Source of the DNA: a virus
Reading direction: 5' to 3' (one strand)
DNA: 64,000 bases
Virus record (IMG/VR): IMGVR_UViG_3300023176_002545
The notes beneath the pieces were generated by a model that made no database searches, was not told the origin of the DNA, and saw nothing but the letters and a program-made list of their open reading frames with translations. Of this stretch, positions 21,201 through 30,500 are shown one piece after another. Made by a program: the position numbers and the translations under genes. Position 1 is the stretch's first letter. Each line of letters opens with the position of its first letter.

Positions 21201-24200
21201 AATAATATCATCAATGAAGAATTCTTCTGTTTGTGTTTCAAGCAAGTGATCACCACTTGACACTGCAACTAGATCTGCAACAAATCCTCTTGAATCATCT
21301 TGATACAATCTAATAATGTCATTAGTTAGAACTTCAACATAGTATAGACCTTGGTCAGCAAGTCCGTTAATTTCAATATTGTTGTTTCTGCGATATGTTA
21401 CAGCATCACCTGTTACAAGTCCGTGTCCAACAATAGTAATTGTGTTAGCAGCAAGATCCAACGAACCTTCTTCATATACAGGATAGTTTGTACCTGTAAA
21501 TGTTATTTCAGTTAGTGTTGCGTTATCATTAACTAGCGGAACTGCTGCTACTGTAATTTCCAATGCACCGCTGGTATTATCATAGACTGCATTTGTAATA
21601 GCCTGTGGACTATTAGCATTGTTAATATCAACAGTACCTCCAGAAACATAAGTTCCTAAGTTTCTACCTGCACCAACTTGAACAGTAAATGTTGTTGCTG
21701 TTACTGATGCTACTGTGTATGTTGCAGTATCACCGTAAAGTGTTCCAACTTCACCGCCGTTAAATGTTATTGTACTTGGAATAGTTTTGAAACTATTAGT
21801 AATATCATTTGCTAAGTTGTTTTCTTCGTCATCGTCATAGAAGCGTAAGATAAACTGGTTAACTGGAGTACGCTTAGTACCAACAGTAATAAGTTTTTGC
21901 TGTGATGCTTGAGCACCGACTTCTGCAACAACACCGCGGTCAAACACAAAGCTGTTTGCTGAGTAACCTGATGAACGTAGTGCATACAAACCAAAGTTAG
22001 TAGCAGAGTTAGTAACAGAAAGGTAAGCACCTGACTGACACCAACAACCGTTGCCTAGGAAGATTTGGAAACACGAAACGATCTGTGCATATGCATCGTT
22101 AGTTAGACGCCAACCAGTACCACCAAATGATAACATGGTGTATGCGTTTGCAACCATTGACTTACCTTGTTCAGGTGTTTCACCAAATACTGGATTCTCA
22201 GCTTCGATAGCAAAACGTGGAATGTTTGGTGTAATGACCTTTGAACCGTCTACCAAACAGCCGCTTAGTCCTAAAAACGAAATAATAGACACGTTCTGTA
22301 CGTATGGTGACTGTGTAATAAGTGGACGTTCTCTTAGTCCTACATAGCCTGTACGATCAACACCAGTATCAAACGGATCGTCAAATGCTGTACAGAATCT
22401 ACCTGTAAAGCTAGGTACGTTAAATGCATCTAGACCGTCTTTGAATGTAATACCCAACAAGTAACAACCATTACGTACACGGAAAATATCTTGGTTAGCA
22501 TTTAGCGGACGAACAATAGTTGTACGCAAGTTATCACCAACAATAGATACATAGTCTGGAATAATAACTGGGTTATCTTCTTTGTATTCACCAGTTGATA
22601 CCATAATGGTTGTGTAACTGATGTTAAACGCACCTTCAACTTCTGTTGGAATGTTTGGTGAGCTAGGACCGTTTTCAATAATATCAATAATAGTGTTGAA
22701 TTCTGACTCAACAACACCTACTGTAGTTCCTTCAACATTCTTAGTTAGATCAGTAATCTGTCCAACTTGATTTTGATATAGTTTAGTGTTTACAACATTC
22801 TTTAGAATGTTATCTACAAGAGTTTGGAAGTATCTATTAGCAAGTATTGTTTGGAACTTAGTATCACCCGGAATAACAAGTGTAGTACCGTTATAGTATG
22901 CTTTACCTGCTTCAATAGCACGTTCGTTACCACCATAGATCAAATCATATTGGATAGCATCGATAAACAATCCAACGTCTCTGCGACAGAACGCAACATC
23001 ATATACAAAGTTAGTAAAGTATGTGTTAATGTAACTAACAACTTCAGCTTGGATGTATGCTTTGTTTAGTGCAATCAAATCAGCTGCATTAAGAATGTTT
23101 GTATCATCTGTTGGAACAATAGCACTTCTTAGTACAGTAATATTTTGTGATGCACTTACACCATCAATAATAATATCTTCAATTATGTCGCCAAGTTCAC
23201 CAATTGTAGTAACTGCTGCTGCACCACCTGGGTTCAGTGTGTCAGTAACTTGGGTTGAGTTAGTTTGCCAACTAACAACTGGATAGTTTTCAGCAACCTG
23301 TTGTGCAAGTCTAATTGCATGCATAATACCATCAACTGTTTGTACAAGCTGGCGAGCAAGTGCAAACTGGCTGCTTTGTTTAAAGTAAGCAATCGCTGCT
23401 GCAACAGAGTTTGTAGTTCCGCCCCATGTTAGGTCAAAGTTAATAGCATCTAGAATGTAACCAACATCACGTCTACATGTTGTTTGGTTGTAGTTGCTTG
23501 AGAAGTTAATCCAACTTCCGTCAACATATGCAACAGTTTCTTTTTGGATGAAAGTTTTGTTGCTTGTGATCAATGAATCAGCATTAACGTATTCTGTTGC
23601 TGTGTTTGCTGAACCGTTTGCATTTACAGTAATGTACTGTGATGTTCCGTCTGTTACAAGATCAATAATAATATCAAGTAGTGCTCCAATAGTGTTTGCA
23701 CTTGTGATGTCGCCCGGGTTTGGTCCATCAAATACTTGGCTTTCGGCTGAGTATGTTGGGCTTACTGTAACATTACGTACAACCTGTGTTGCAAGAGTTT
23801 TTAAGTGATTTAAACCATCAAGTGTTTCTGATAACTGTCCGCTGATAACAATAGCAGCATTTTGTTTATAATATGCAACTGCGGCTGCAATACTATTTGT
23901 ATTACCACCGTGTGTCAGGTCATATTCAACAGCATCAAGAATTAATCCAATATCTCTACGACATGATGTTTGATCGTAAGTTAAACCTGGATGTTGAGCA
24001 TTAATATATTCAATAACTTCTTCTGTAATAAAGTTAGTGTTAGACTGTAGCAATGCTTCAGAATTTAATGCACCAGTGTTTGTTGTTTTTGTAAAGCTAT
24101 TTGTTGTACCAATACCGTTTTTAAGTATAGATATAACATCGTTAGTACGATCATAAACTAATTGTGCTACTGTATTGTTGCTTGGAGTTGCACCGTTAAG

Positions 24201-27200
24201 TGTTTGTGTAAATGTATTTTGATACAGATTAGGAACAGTATTTTGCAATACAACATTTGCTAAAAGATCTCTAGTATATTCTAGTGCATCAACTGTAGGC
24301 TGTAATTGAGCTTTAATAACCTCAACAGCATCACCTGTAATTTCGCCTGTTCCAGTAGTAACATTGTTGTAGTAACTAATACCAGCAAAAATACTTTCAG
24401 CATTACCACCGTGTTTAACGTCATATTGAACTGCGTCAACAATTAGGCCAACGTCACGCTCACATTTAACAGGATCATAGTTAAAGTTACCAAAGTTTTC
24501 TTCAATAAATGCAACAGTTTCTGCTTTAATAAATTCTACGTTAGCTGCTAGTATAGCATTTGCATTTATTACATTTTGTACTAAACTTGGTACAGAGTTA
24601 TTTGGATCAATATTTAAACCAATAGTAGCACTGTCGCCATCGTTAATAATATCAACAATTAGTGTTTGTAATCCTGAAATAGCAGTTTGTGCCGACGCAT
24701 CACCTGGATTAGATGGATCAGTAAACTGTCCAAATGTGCTTTGATAGCTTTGTGCAGGAGCTTGGTTTACAATTACTAGTTTAGCAAGATCAATAGCATA
24801 GTTAATACCGTCAAGTGTTTGTGTTAACTGGCTGTTAAGTGCAGTACTTGCACTATATTGATAGTAGGCTAGTGCTGCTTGAATACTTTCATTATTACCG
24901 CCATGTGTTATATCATAACGTATTGCGTCAAGAATTAATCCAACATCTCTGCGGCACTTATTTTGATCATATATAAACAAGTTAGCATCAACATATGCAA
25001 TAGCGTCATCAATTAATGTAGCTTTGTTAGTATTGATTTGTAATGCTGCGTCTTGTAATTGTTGGTCTGCCCAAGATATACTTGGGTAAGTTTTAGATGG
25101 TAAATTGTTAAGGTTACCAGCAGTAATAACATCTTCAATTATTTGTAGCAAGCCGTCGAGTGTTGTTGCTTCAGTGCTAGTTGCATTACCGCTTGAGAAG
25201 TTTTGTGCAACTACTGCTTGTTCAGCAGTTACTGAAATACCTTGTACTACATTGCTTACATGACCTGCTAAGAAGTTATAAGCATCAGCAGTAATAGTAG
25301 CTTCGCCAGCACCTAGTTGACTTGCTGCACCTACAAAATATGATTCAGCAGCAAGAACAGATGCACTGTTACCACCATAAACAATATCATAAGTTAAAGC
25401 GTCTACAATATATCCTACATCACGTGAACATGCTGCTGTATCGTATGTGTGTGAAGGATAAGTGTTTGCAATATATGCAAGTACCTCTGCTTGTAGGAAG
25501 CTTCTGTTAGCTTGTAGTTGATCTCTTGCGTCACTTAAATCTTGGCTTGCACCAGTTGGGGCAGGGAATGTTAATGCATTTGCATTACCTACACCATTTT
25601 GTAAAATATCTATTACTTCGTCAAATGCAACAGTTGCTCTAGTGCTTGCTGTTGACCAACTAGACACATCGCTTAGTGCAAGAACATCTGTTTTAAGATT
25701 ACCAATTGCTCCTACAGTTAGTGTTAATTGATTGCTTTGTAAGTATGCTGTGTTTGCACGTTGATACGCTAAACCTGCTGTTACAGCATTATAGTTAGTA
25801 CCTAGTGCAATGTCTGCTGCTACTGCATCTAGTATTAAACCAGAGTCTCTACGACATTTAGTTTCATCGTAAGTTGACTGATATTGTGAATCTAAATAAC
25901 CAATAACTTCTTCTTTAATGAAGTCAGTGTTTTGTGTAATAAGTGTATCAGAATTAAGTCTAGCTGTGTCAGTAGTTATTACACCGTTTGCAGTACCAAT
26001 GCCTGTGTTTAACAAGCTATAGATAATGCTAAGATTATTATAGATTGTTGTTCCTTCTGCAGATGTGCCAGGAGTTAAACTTGTATCTTGTGCTACAGTG
26101 TTCTGATATAGATAATCAACAGTTTCACCTAGTACAACTTTTTGTGCAAGAGATCTTGCATAGTCAATACCTGCTAGTGTTTGAAACTTTTGATCAGAAC
26201 GTACTAAAGATGCTTGTGCATTTAGATATGTAATACCAGCATAATGCGATTCTGCATTACCACTGTATAACAAATCATAGTTTGCAGCATCAATAATTAA
26301 TCCTGTATCACGTGAACATTTTGCAGCATCAAATTGGAAGCCGCTGTATTTTTGATTTAAGAATGCAATAACTTCATCTTGAATAAATGTTTTGTTAGCA
26401 TCTATAAGAGTTTCTGCATTTAATATATCTGTATCTTGTGTTTGTGTTTCGTTAGGTTGAACACCACCAGTGTCACCTGTGTAGTAACTTAAAACTTTAT
26501 CACCAAGTGCTGAAACTGTTGCTGATTCAGATGCTGTTGCAGTTTTAGTACCATCAAATTGCTGCTGTACTGCTGCTTGAGTATTATCTGTAATAGCAGT
26601 GTTAGTAACTACTGCTGTTGCAAGTTCTTTGATACGACGAAGACCATATTCAGTTGCAACGTCTTGTGCTTGTTTAACTAGTGCTGAACTTTCTAGTGCA
26701 TAGAATGCACCAGCAACGCTTGAAGCTGCATCGCCGCCATAGCGTAAATCGTTTTCAATAGCGTCAACAATTAATCCAACATCACGCTCGCATTTTGCTT
26801 GATCATATGTAATATTAAATGCATTTGAGCTAAATGCAATAACTTCGTCTTGTAAGAAGTCTCTGTTAACTTCCAATAGATCTTTTGCATCATACGCAGA
26901 TTGTCCTGGATCAACAACTGGTGTAAAAATACCGTCAGATGCAATTTGTGCAGCACGTTTAATTGTTTTAACTGGTTGTAGACGACCGTCATTGTTGTCG
27001 TCACCGTATTGAGCACTTACATAAATTCTATTACCACCTAGTGAGCCTGGGTCACTCCACTGTGTTTGTCCAAAACCTAAGTTTTGAAGAATTTGTCCTT
27101 TACGTGCATCAGTATCAGGAAGTATAATATCGTAGGAATCTGATAACTCTGAAGGTGCTTTAACGTTAACAGTATTTGATCCAAACTGTGATAATTCTCT

Positions 27201-27506
27201 AAACTTAACTGCACCTTGATCGTCAAGTTCTAAATCGTCCGCTAGAAAAACTTGGTTACCATCTATACGGAGTTTTTCTATGCCATCAACATCAACTGTA
27301 ACAACACCATTTCCTTGGTCATTGACTATTACGCGAGTATCGCCTTTTTCAATCTGTTGTGTGATGTCTTTTATAGTGCCGTCGGACTGTTTGATAAACA
27401 TTTTACCGTCGGCAGTGTTGATTGCAATTTCGCCCAAATCTAATTGTGCGGATTGTGGTTCCTGCCCGGTAACATTGTTTCTTTTATGTAATATTTTGTT
27501 TGCCAT
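14841..27506 (-). CDS. Giant tail fibre / virion appendage protein (4221 aa)
   Basis: N-terminal attachment motif (KRNNVTGQEPQSAQLDLGEIAINTADGKMF), pectate-lyase-like beta-helix segments, DADLLDG fibre repeats, three H-x-F-x2-GD-x-V-x-Y modules and a C-terminal chaperone-like domain. Confidence 0.85.
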   Translation of the reverse strand: MANKILHKRNNVTGQEPQSAQLDLGEIAINTADGKMFIKQSDGTIKDITQQIEKGDTRVIVNDQGNGVVTVDVDGIEKLRIDGNQVFLADDLELDDQGAVKFRELSQFGSNTVNVKAPSELSDSYDIILPDTDARKGQILQNLGFGQTQWSDPGSLGGNRIYVSAQYGDDNNDGRLQPVKTIKRAAQIASDGIFTPVVDPGQSAYDAKDLLEVNRDFLQDEVIAFSSNAFNITYDQAKCERDVGLIVDAIENDLRYGGDAASSVAGAFYALESSALVKQAQDVATEYGLRRIKELATAVVTNTAITDNTQAAVQQQFDGTKTATASESATVSALGDKVLSYYTGDTGGVQPNETQTQDTDILNAETLIDANKTFIQDEVIAFLNQKYSGFQFDAAKCSRDTGLIIDAANYDLLYSGNAESHYAGITYLNAQASLVRSDQKFQTLAGIDYARSLAQKVVLGETVDYLYQNTVAQDTSLTPGTSAEGTTIYNNLSIIYSLLNTGIGTANGVITTDTARLNSDTLITQNTDFIKEEVIGYLDSQYQSTYDETKCRRDSGLILDAVAADIALGTNYNAVTAGLAYQRANTAYLQSNQLTLTVGAIGNLKTDVLALSDVSSWSTASTRATVAFDEVIDILQNGVGNANALTFPAPTGASQDLSDARDQLQANRSFLQAEVLAYIANTYPSHTYDTAACSRDVGYIVDALTYDIVYGGNSASVLAAESYFVGAASQLGAGEATITADAYNFLAGHVSNVVQGISVTAEQAVVAQNFSSGNATSTEATTLDGLLQIIEDVITAGNLNNLPSKTYPSISWADQQLQDAALQINTNKATLIDDAIAYVDANLFIYDQNKCRRDVGLILDAIRYDITHGGNNESIQAALAYYQYSASTALNSQLTQTLDGINYAIDLAKLVIVNQAPAQSYQSTFGQFTDPSNPGDASAQTAISGLQTLIVDIINDGDSATIGLNIDPNNSVPSLVQNVINANAILAANVEFIKAETVAFIEENFGNFNYDPVKCERDVGLIVDAVQYDVKHGGNAESIFAGISYYNNVTTGTGEITGDAVEVIKAQLQPTVDALEYTRDLLANVVLQNTVPNLYQNTFTQTLNGATPSNNTVAQLVYDRTNDVISILKNGIGTTNSFTKTTNTGALNSEALLQSNTNFITEEVIEYINAQHPGLTYDQTSCRRDIGLILDAVEYDLTHGGNTNSIAAAVAYYKQNAAIVISGQLSETLDGLNHLKTLATQVVRNVTVSPTYSAESQVFDGPNPGDITSANTIGALLDIIIDLVTDGTSQYITVNANGSANTATEYVNADSLITSNKTFIQKETVAYVDGSWINFSSNYNQTTCRRDVGYILDAINFDLTWGGTTNSVAAAIAYFKQSSQFALARQLVQTVDGIMHAIRLAQQVAENYPVVSWQTNSTQVTDTLNPGGAAAVTTIGELGDIIEDIIIDGVSASQNITVLRSAIVPTDDTNILNAADLIALNKAYIQAEVVSYINTYFTNFVYDVAFCRRDVGLFIDAIQYDLIYGGNERAIEAGKAYYNGTTLVIPGDTKFQTILANRYFQTLVDNILKNVVNTKLYQNQVGQITDLTKNVEGTTVGVVESEFNTIIDIIENGPSSPNIPTEVEGAFNISYTTIMVSTGEYKEDNPVIIPDYVSIVGDNLRTTIVRPLNANQDIFRVRNGCYLLGITFKDGLDAFNVPSFTGRFCTAFDDPFDTGVDRTGYVGLRERPLITQSPYVQNVSIISFLGLSGCLVDGSKVITPNIPRFAIEAENPVFGETPEQGKSMVANAYTMLSFGGTGWRLTNDAYAQIVSCFQIFLGNGCWCQSGAYLSVTNSATNFGLYALRSSGYSANSFVFDRGVVAEVGAQASQQKLITVGTKRTPVNQFILRFYDDDEENNLANDITNSFKTIPSTITFNGGEVGTLYGDTATYTVASVTATTFTVQVGAGRNLGTYVSGGTVDINNANSPQAITNAVYDNTSGALEITVAAVPLVNDNATLTEITFTGTNYPVYEEGSLDLAANTITIVGHGLVTGDAVTYRRNNNIEINGLADQGLYYVEVLTNDIIRLYQDDSRGFVADLVAVSSGDHLLETQTEEFFIDDIIQDADGNKLTHNKYQVLTLAPGTYNFNPGDLIEATTGIYRNKAFVYTYEAATRTLTVSVEKAENSGSLTRIFFDATSIIDNDSSAIPQSNIAVTGFTSRTDLYTAEFTIDPTIVGGVLTNTGNLQGTFIRFHRPSIVNSSSHTWEYAGSGTDYNALPQNGGITREEYEQFSDLPGRVYSSGTNELGDFKVGDFIVAENRTGNITFKNTVTVGELSALKLAVSDVVIEAISTDPGLGDNEPGGATDTRLTTQLAQRSFLANRLGDFIDKSVSTNSVSGAVPQMNAQGLLNADIIPATRNFSLFTTNTKFGRYDLTDDIPPQEPLQGDIAQERYPRTLFTLSAPTQFNEDDVIVEANTGATAIVDEDNGGATTVYLTNIVGTFSNNISANTLSKNGNNTTTYITNTGSSETRDIQYTMIQDSDSQYLRYEPAGASFTNGVTVTAANSKTQGVVTAQAEGVLLAVDLANISNGSGYVPTTGSLTYNNVPLTNVNGSGTGARADITVTNGQVSSVDLVRGGSGYTTTDVLSAATGNLGGQSSSAFQISALSVDNRLYVDLLAGKFVASTSTNEYIEDNNAQVDTVALGGNSLNAFNADTLANGGNVDYANSQIEITSHIFDDGDVVNYASSPNTPIGGMLQGESYFVKVIDANTIELYNRYDLNASTKVNFTVSSTGTHALIINNVDTRKDKIYSPNHGFTAGRAFRFVGTNPPTGMSSGSYYYAGTVSQNTFTVHEFREDALNSVNGVVQGAINFVQTGSGSADFIHQNITVYGEINTSSKNSANWALTGSANVDASNIVSGVISTSRLASIGSANSNTYLKGDSSWDYAVRTTRTALNSPLNITGNFYTSGGQNFYYKDTQLDIDRADDTLGNQSFTNEGVASYSKAQFNVNSGEVELKAGVLDAGTLDGLDSQYFLDPGNMLNPVPVNKGGTALDQYIAGDMIYATSPTTLNRLPIGSQGAVMVVDELGNPAWSNDVAPFVEDTNNFGVSRPLEIRHDVSNTPAVGIGVGMQFQVETANNNREVGGTIDAVASDVTFGSEDFSFKFNLMAAGFLAERMVLDSLGNLQIDGDFNVDGGDIKTTKTSATVYDTTVTSLSIGRAATLITLGADKSGTLAVRNTTMVVGGDAVETAPVDSVIKAPNALGTNKQGADLTVQGGASTGSGVAGSVFIDTGYSGTSGSTSTTQVNRVEVSGTDAHTHKLEFGRGSQGSKQSGTIGVKGPITGQFNVNGSELNLKPNPGTGSGTGAIVNIYGSESIGSGSGIQTSELVASFAGDAIRLNKNVITQASSLGTNQATFDLLNDTVTTLNIGGAATAIDIGASSGYLHVNSADQATSTTTGALRVDGGGSFGKNLYVGGNLVAAELTLTGAIDGNSYNVGGVETIDTNRRFISSGGTTGELAKVHGISFDWDGNYGAIGGYVNHGISSRNDTWGAGDSLSINSYNNVNVRLDTNSNNAAASTFFRVNNDVSQTNGNIVFSVRGDGKVGINKDPSGTYNLDVNGSFNATTGYVNGGAIWTDANDGAGSGLNADLLDGLHASSFLRVDTGAAFSGGVFTISAPATTIQNTGEVNTLQLYQGNGANQYDAFLTFHIGGDYAVHFGLDGSTNDLAVGGWSMGANAYKVWHAGNDGSGSGLDADLLDGNDSAFFRNASNLNAGTFPDLFASGTRYNIGYIDGEGSDSYDKLRVWNNSSYSIGMFSGQTMGWLNDYAMTFTMNNDTDRGWKWRHDGDGVAAGAMALTTDGRLVVKQFIAVGNQTTRYLREPTGDYGSIQISGSGYGNWEGFSIDGRAVFMHDGGTATGIYNDVNNQWLFYGVHGGQTEMMHNGSWKVQTRSDGANIAGELYVDNWVRIESNSGIYWQGGNYAGWHIYPNETNAMAFRSANTGSCELRLNNSSNTIYGRLYADDASQGFLNEDGNWALRSYNNDGNSPGIRFMENANETWTGNPGNDVGKIEYHANRFYMAAGANSDRIVQFRRDGTDVSYVDNSGVYQGTAASANWADLAEKYEADAVYAPGTVLGIGGDKEVTLYKEGMKLAGVVSTQPGLMMNQTDDNRDDPMWPFVALKGRVPCKINGSAKKGQYIIADQDGAGRAIDELSTIAEYTLLIGVAIEDGTDVVEVKV
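22650..26920 (-). repeat. Nine tandem ~142-167-aa helical repeats with motif YDxxxCxRDxGxIxDAxxxDxxxGGN
   Basis: Invariant Cys codons at 26790, 26316, 25854, 25428, 24954, 24462, 23961, 23475 and 22986. Boundaries approximate. Confidence 0.9.
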
Positions 27507-27541
27507 TAGGTTGCTTCCCAGTTACGATATATCTCTACATG

Positions 27542-27548
27542 TATTTAT
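27542..27548 (-). promoter_or_regulatory. T4-type late promoter (ATAAATA) for the fibre gene
   Basis: Matches the TAAATA motif that recurs upstream of structural genes in this window. Confidence 0.65.
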
Positions 27549-27571
27549 TTCTTTGAGAAGGATACGGATTT

Positions 27572-30500
27572 TTAGAAGGTTCCGCCATCGATAGTAAAGT
27601 TATTAATGTAACTTAAATCAATACCAGAGCCTTCAATATCCTGTCCTACGTAGATATCTCTACCTACTCCGACACCACCTTCTACTATTAAAGCACCAGA
27701 TGTAGTTGATCCAGCTTCAGTTGTTGATTCTATTCGGGTTTCTTGGGCAACAAATAGCTTTTCTTTAATGCCAACACCACCGTCAACTACTAATGCACCT
27801 GTAGTACTATCAGTAGACGCTGTAGCGTTTTCTATACGTGTTATGCCTGCAACATATAGATTTTTACCAATGCCAATGCCACCTTCAATTACAACAGCAC
27901 CTGTAGAAGTGCTTGTTGAATCTACAGTGTTTGTAGCATTAATAATACCGTCAACGTAAATATTTTCAGCAACGCCAATGCCACCTTTAAATATTACGCC
28001 GCCTGTTAGTGAGCTAGTACTACCATCTAGTGATTCAAATATTGTTTGACCACTAGTTGCACCAAAACTAATATTTGTTGAGCTATTAAATGCTCTCAAA
28101 AACTGAATGTTGTCTCTTAGTAAGTCAAAGTTTTGTTGAAGTGTGTTTATACTTCCACCTTCAACATTTAAATCTCCACCTAGGTGTATATTTTCACCAA
28201 CACCTAAACCACCGCCAATTACTACAGCACCATTTGTTTCAGCTGTTGAGCCTGCGTTAGAATTAAATCGTGTAGTACCTGCTGCGTTACCAAAGCTAAC
28301 ATATGTTGCTTGACCAAATGCGTTTATTGTTGTAGCTGTTGTATTGAAAACATTTTGTGTAGTTGAGCTACCATAAATGTCACCTTCAATAAACAATTCA
28401 CCTTCAATGGTCATGTTCTTCATTGACACAATACGGCCGCTACCTGCTGCATCTAATTGCAACGGAGCGTTTGTATTGAGTGTTGAAATACGTGTACCAA
28501 ATACGCCTATTTCTGGGAAGTAAACATTTTTAGCAAATGTTGCATCTTCAGCAACTGTTAAAAAGTCTGTAAAGACATCAGGAACGTTAATGTTTGCTGT
28601 AACGTTTAGAATACCATCAACTGTTGTGTTACCATTTAACTGTGTAGGTGTGTTAACAACAAGTTCAGTATCGTCAAAACGTAAATTGTCGCTTGTTTGA
28701 ATTTCATTTTGGAAATCAATATAAGCAATTCTGTTTATTAATTCACCAGTAACAAACATTCTTGGTGAAGTAACCCAACTGCTTGCGTTTAGTACACCAG
28801 TAACATTTGTATCTGCTTCTAGATTAATTTCGCCTGTACCATTTACCATTATATCAATATCTGAATTAGATATTGTGGTTTTAATAGCATTGCCTTCAAT
28901 GTTTAAATTTCCGTCAATTAAAATACCACCTTGCCAACCTTGGTTTGTTAGTCTAGCAAGTTCAACTCCGCCGCCGTAGAAGAATAGTGTATTCTCATTT
29001 GAGCCTGGGCTAAGTTCTGGTAAAATATAAGTGTCGCCGTCTACATCACGAACTCCACCTAATGAACTCCAAGCAAGACCATTCCAACCTTCATATTGGT
29101 TAGTGTCAGTATTAAAACGAACTTGTCCAACTTCACCTGGAGGTCTTGTAGCAACACCGCCTACAGGAAGTACAAGAGCAGTTTCTCCTACAATTCTTAT
29201 CTGTCCTGAGCCTGCTGCTGAAATTTCAAAATCAGCATTGGTATTTGTTGTACTGATTCTATTTTGGAATATTCTAAAATCGCTTGTATTGATTGAAGCA
29301 ATCCACGCTTCGCTAAACATTGCTGTGCTATGACCAATGTCATATGCCATGTTAACATCTGGAATAATATCACTTGCAAAGTTTGCAGCAGCAATACTTG
29401 TAACATTTAGTGTAGCATTAGGAGCACTAATAGTACCACCTGGTAGTACAATGTCTCCGTCAATGTTTACTGTTTTGTTAAAGAAAAACTCACCAGTACC
29501 GCCTGGAGTTATTTCAAAACGATAATCAGTATTGATACTATTCATTACCATAGTATCGTTTTCAAATGTAAAGTTTTTATGATTAAAACGTGTACTGTTT
29601 ACAGTTAAATCGTCAAAGTCCCATTGACCAATTAGTGATCCGCCTGCGTAAATGTCAAATCTATCATCATTTGAACCTGGAGTTACTTCTGGAGTAATGT
29701 AAGTGTTGCCATCAATATCTTTGATGCCACCCAATGAGCTCCAAGCAGTTCCTTGATAACCTTCAAATGATTGTAATTGTGTGTTAAAACGTATAGCACC
29801 TGTTTCTGGATTAGAGCCACGTTCAGGTGTATTACCAACTGGAACTCTTAAAAAGCTATAGCCGCCAATTAATACTCTACCAGCACCACTAGGATTAATT
29901 TCTAAATCTTGGTTTGTTGTATCAACAGAAATTACGTTGTTTTCAATGCGTACATCGTCAACTTGTACTTTACCAGCATACAATGCTCCCCACACTGCAT
30001 CTGGAGCACCTAGGTCCCAAACGCCTGTAAATTCTGTTGCAGGTTGAATATTGCTTTCAACATATGATTTAAATCTTGTAACATATGGGAACGGATCTAC
30101 TGGATTTCCTGGAGGTGTACCAAGATCAATATCACCTCTAAGTACAATAGGACCACCAGTAAGTTCAAGTTGTTGTGCTCCGTCTGAAGCGTTAACTGTT
30201 ATTTGACCTTCTGCAGAATATAAACTTAATGCATCTAGTGCGTCAATTTCAAGTATGTCTGTAGAGCCAATACCGTTGTTAGCAAATGTTAAGAAACCTG
30301 TTGTAACTTCAGTTGCAGTAATAGTACTTCTGTTACCTTGACCGTCATCAAATGATAAGCCACCTGCTAGAGCACCAAAGTTAAGTCCGCTACCATCAAT
30401 TTGTACTTCGCCTGTTTCTTGTGATACGTAGAACAAGTCGCCTACACGGAAGTCACCTAAATGGTCAACGGAAGTATAACGTACTTTACCACCATTTAGT

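Noticed and set aside
27350-27506. Mtd-like fibre N-terminus as a sign of a diversity-generating retroelement
   Set aside because: Only the generic attachment motif is present. No reverse transcriptase or TR/VR pair is visible in the window.
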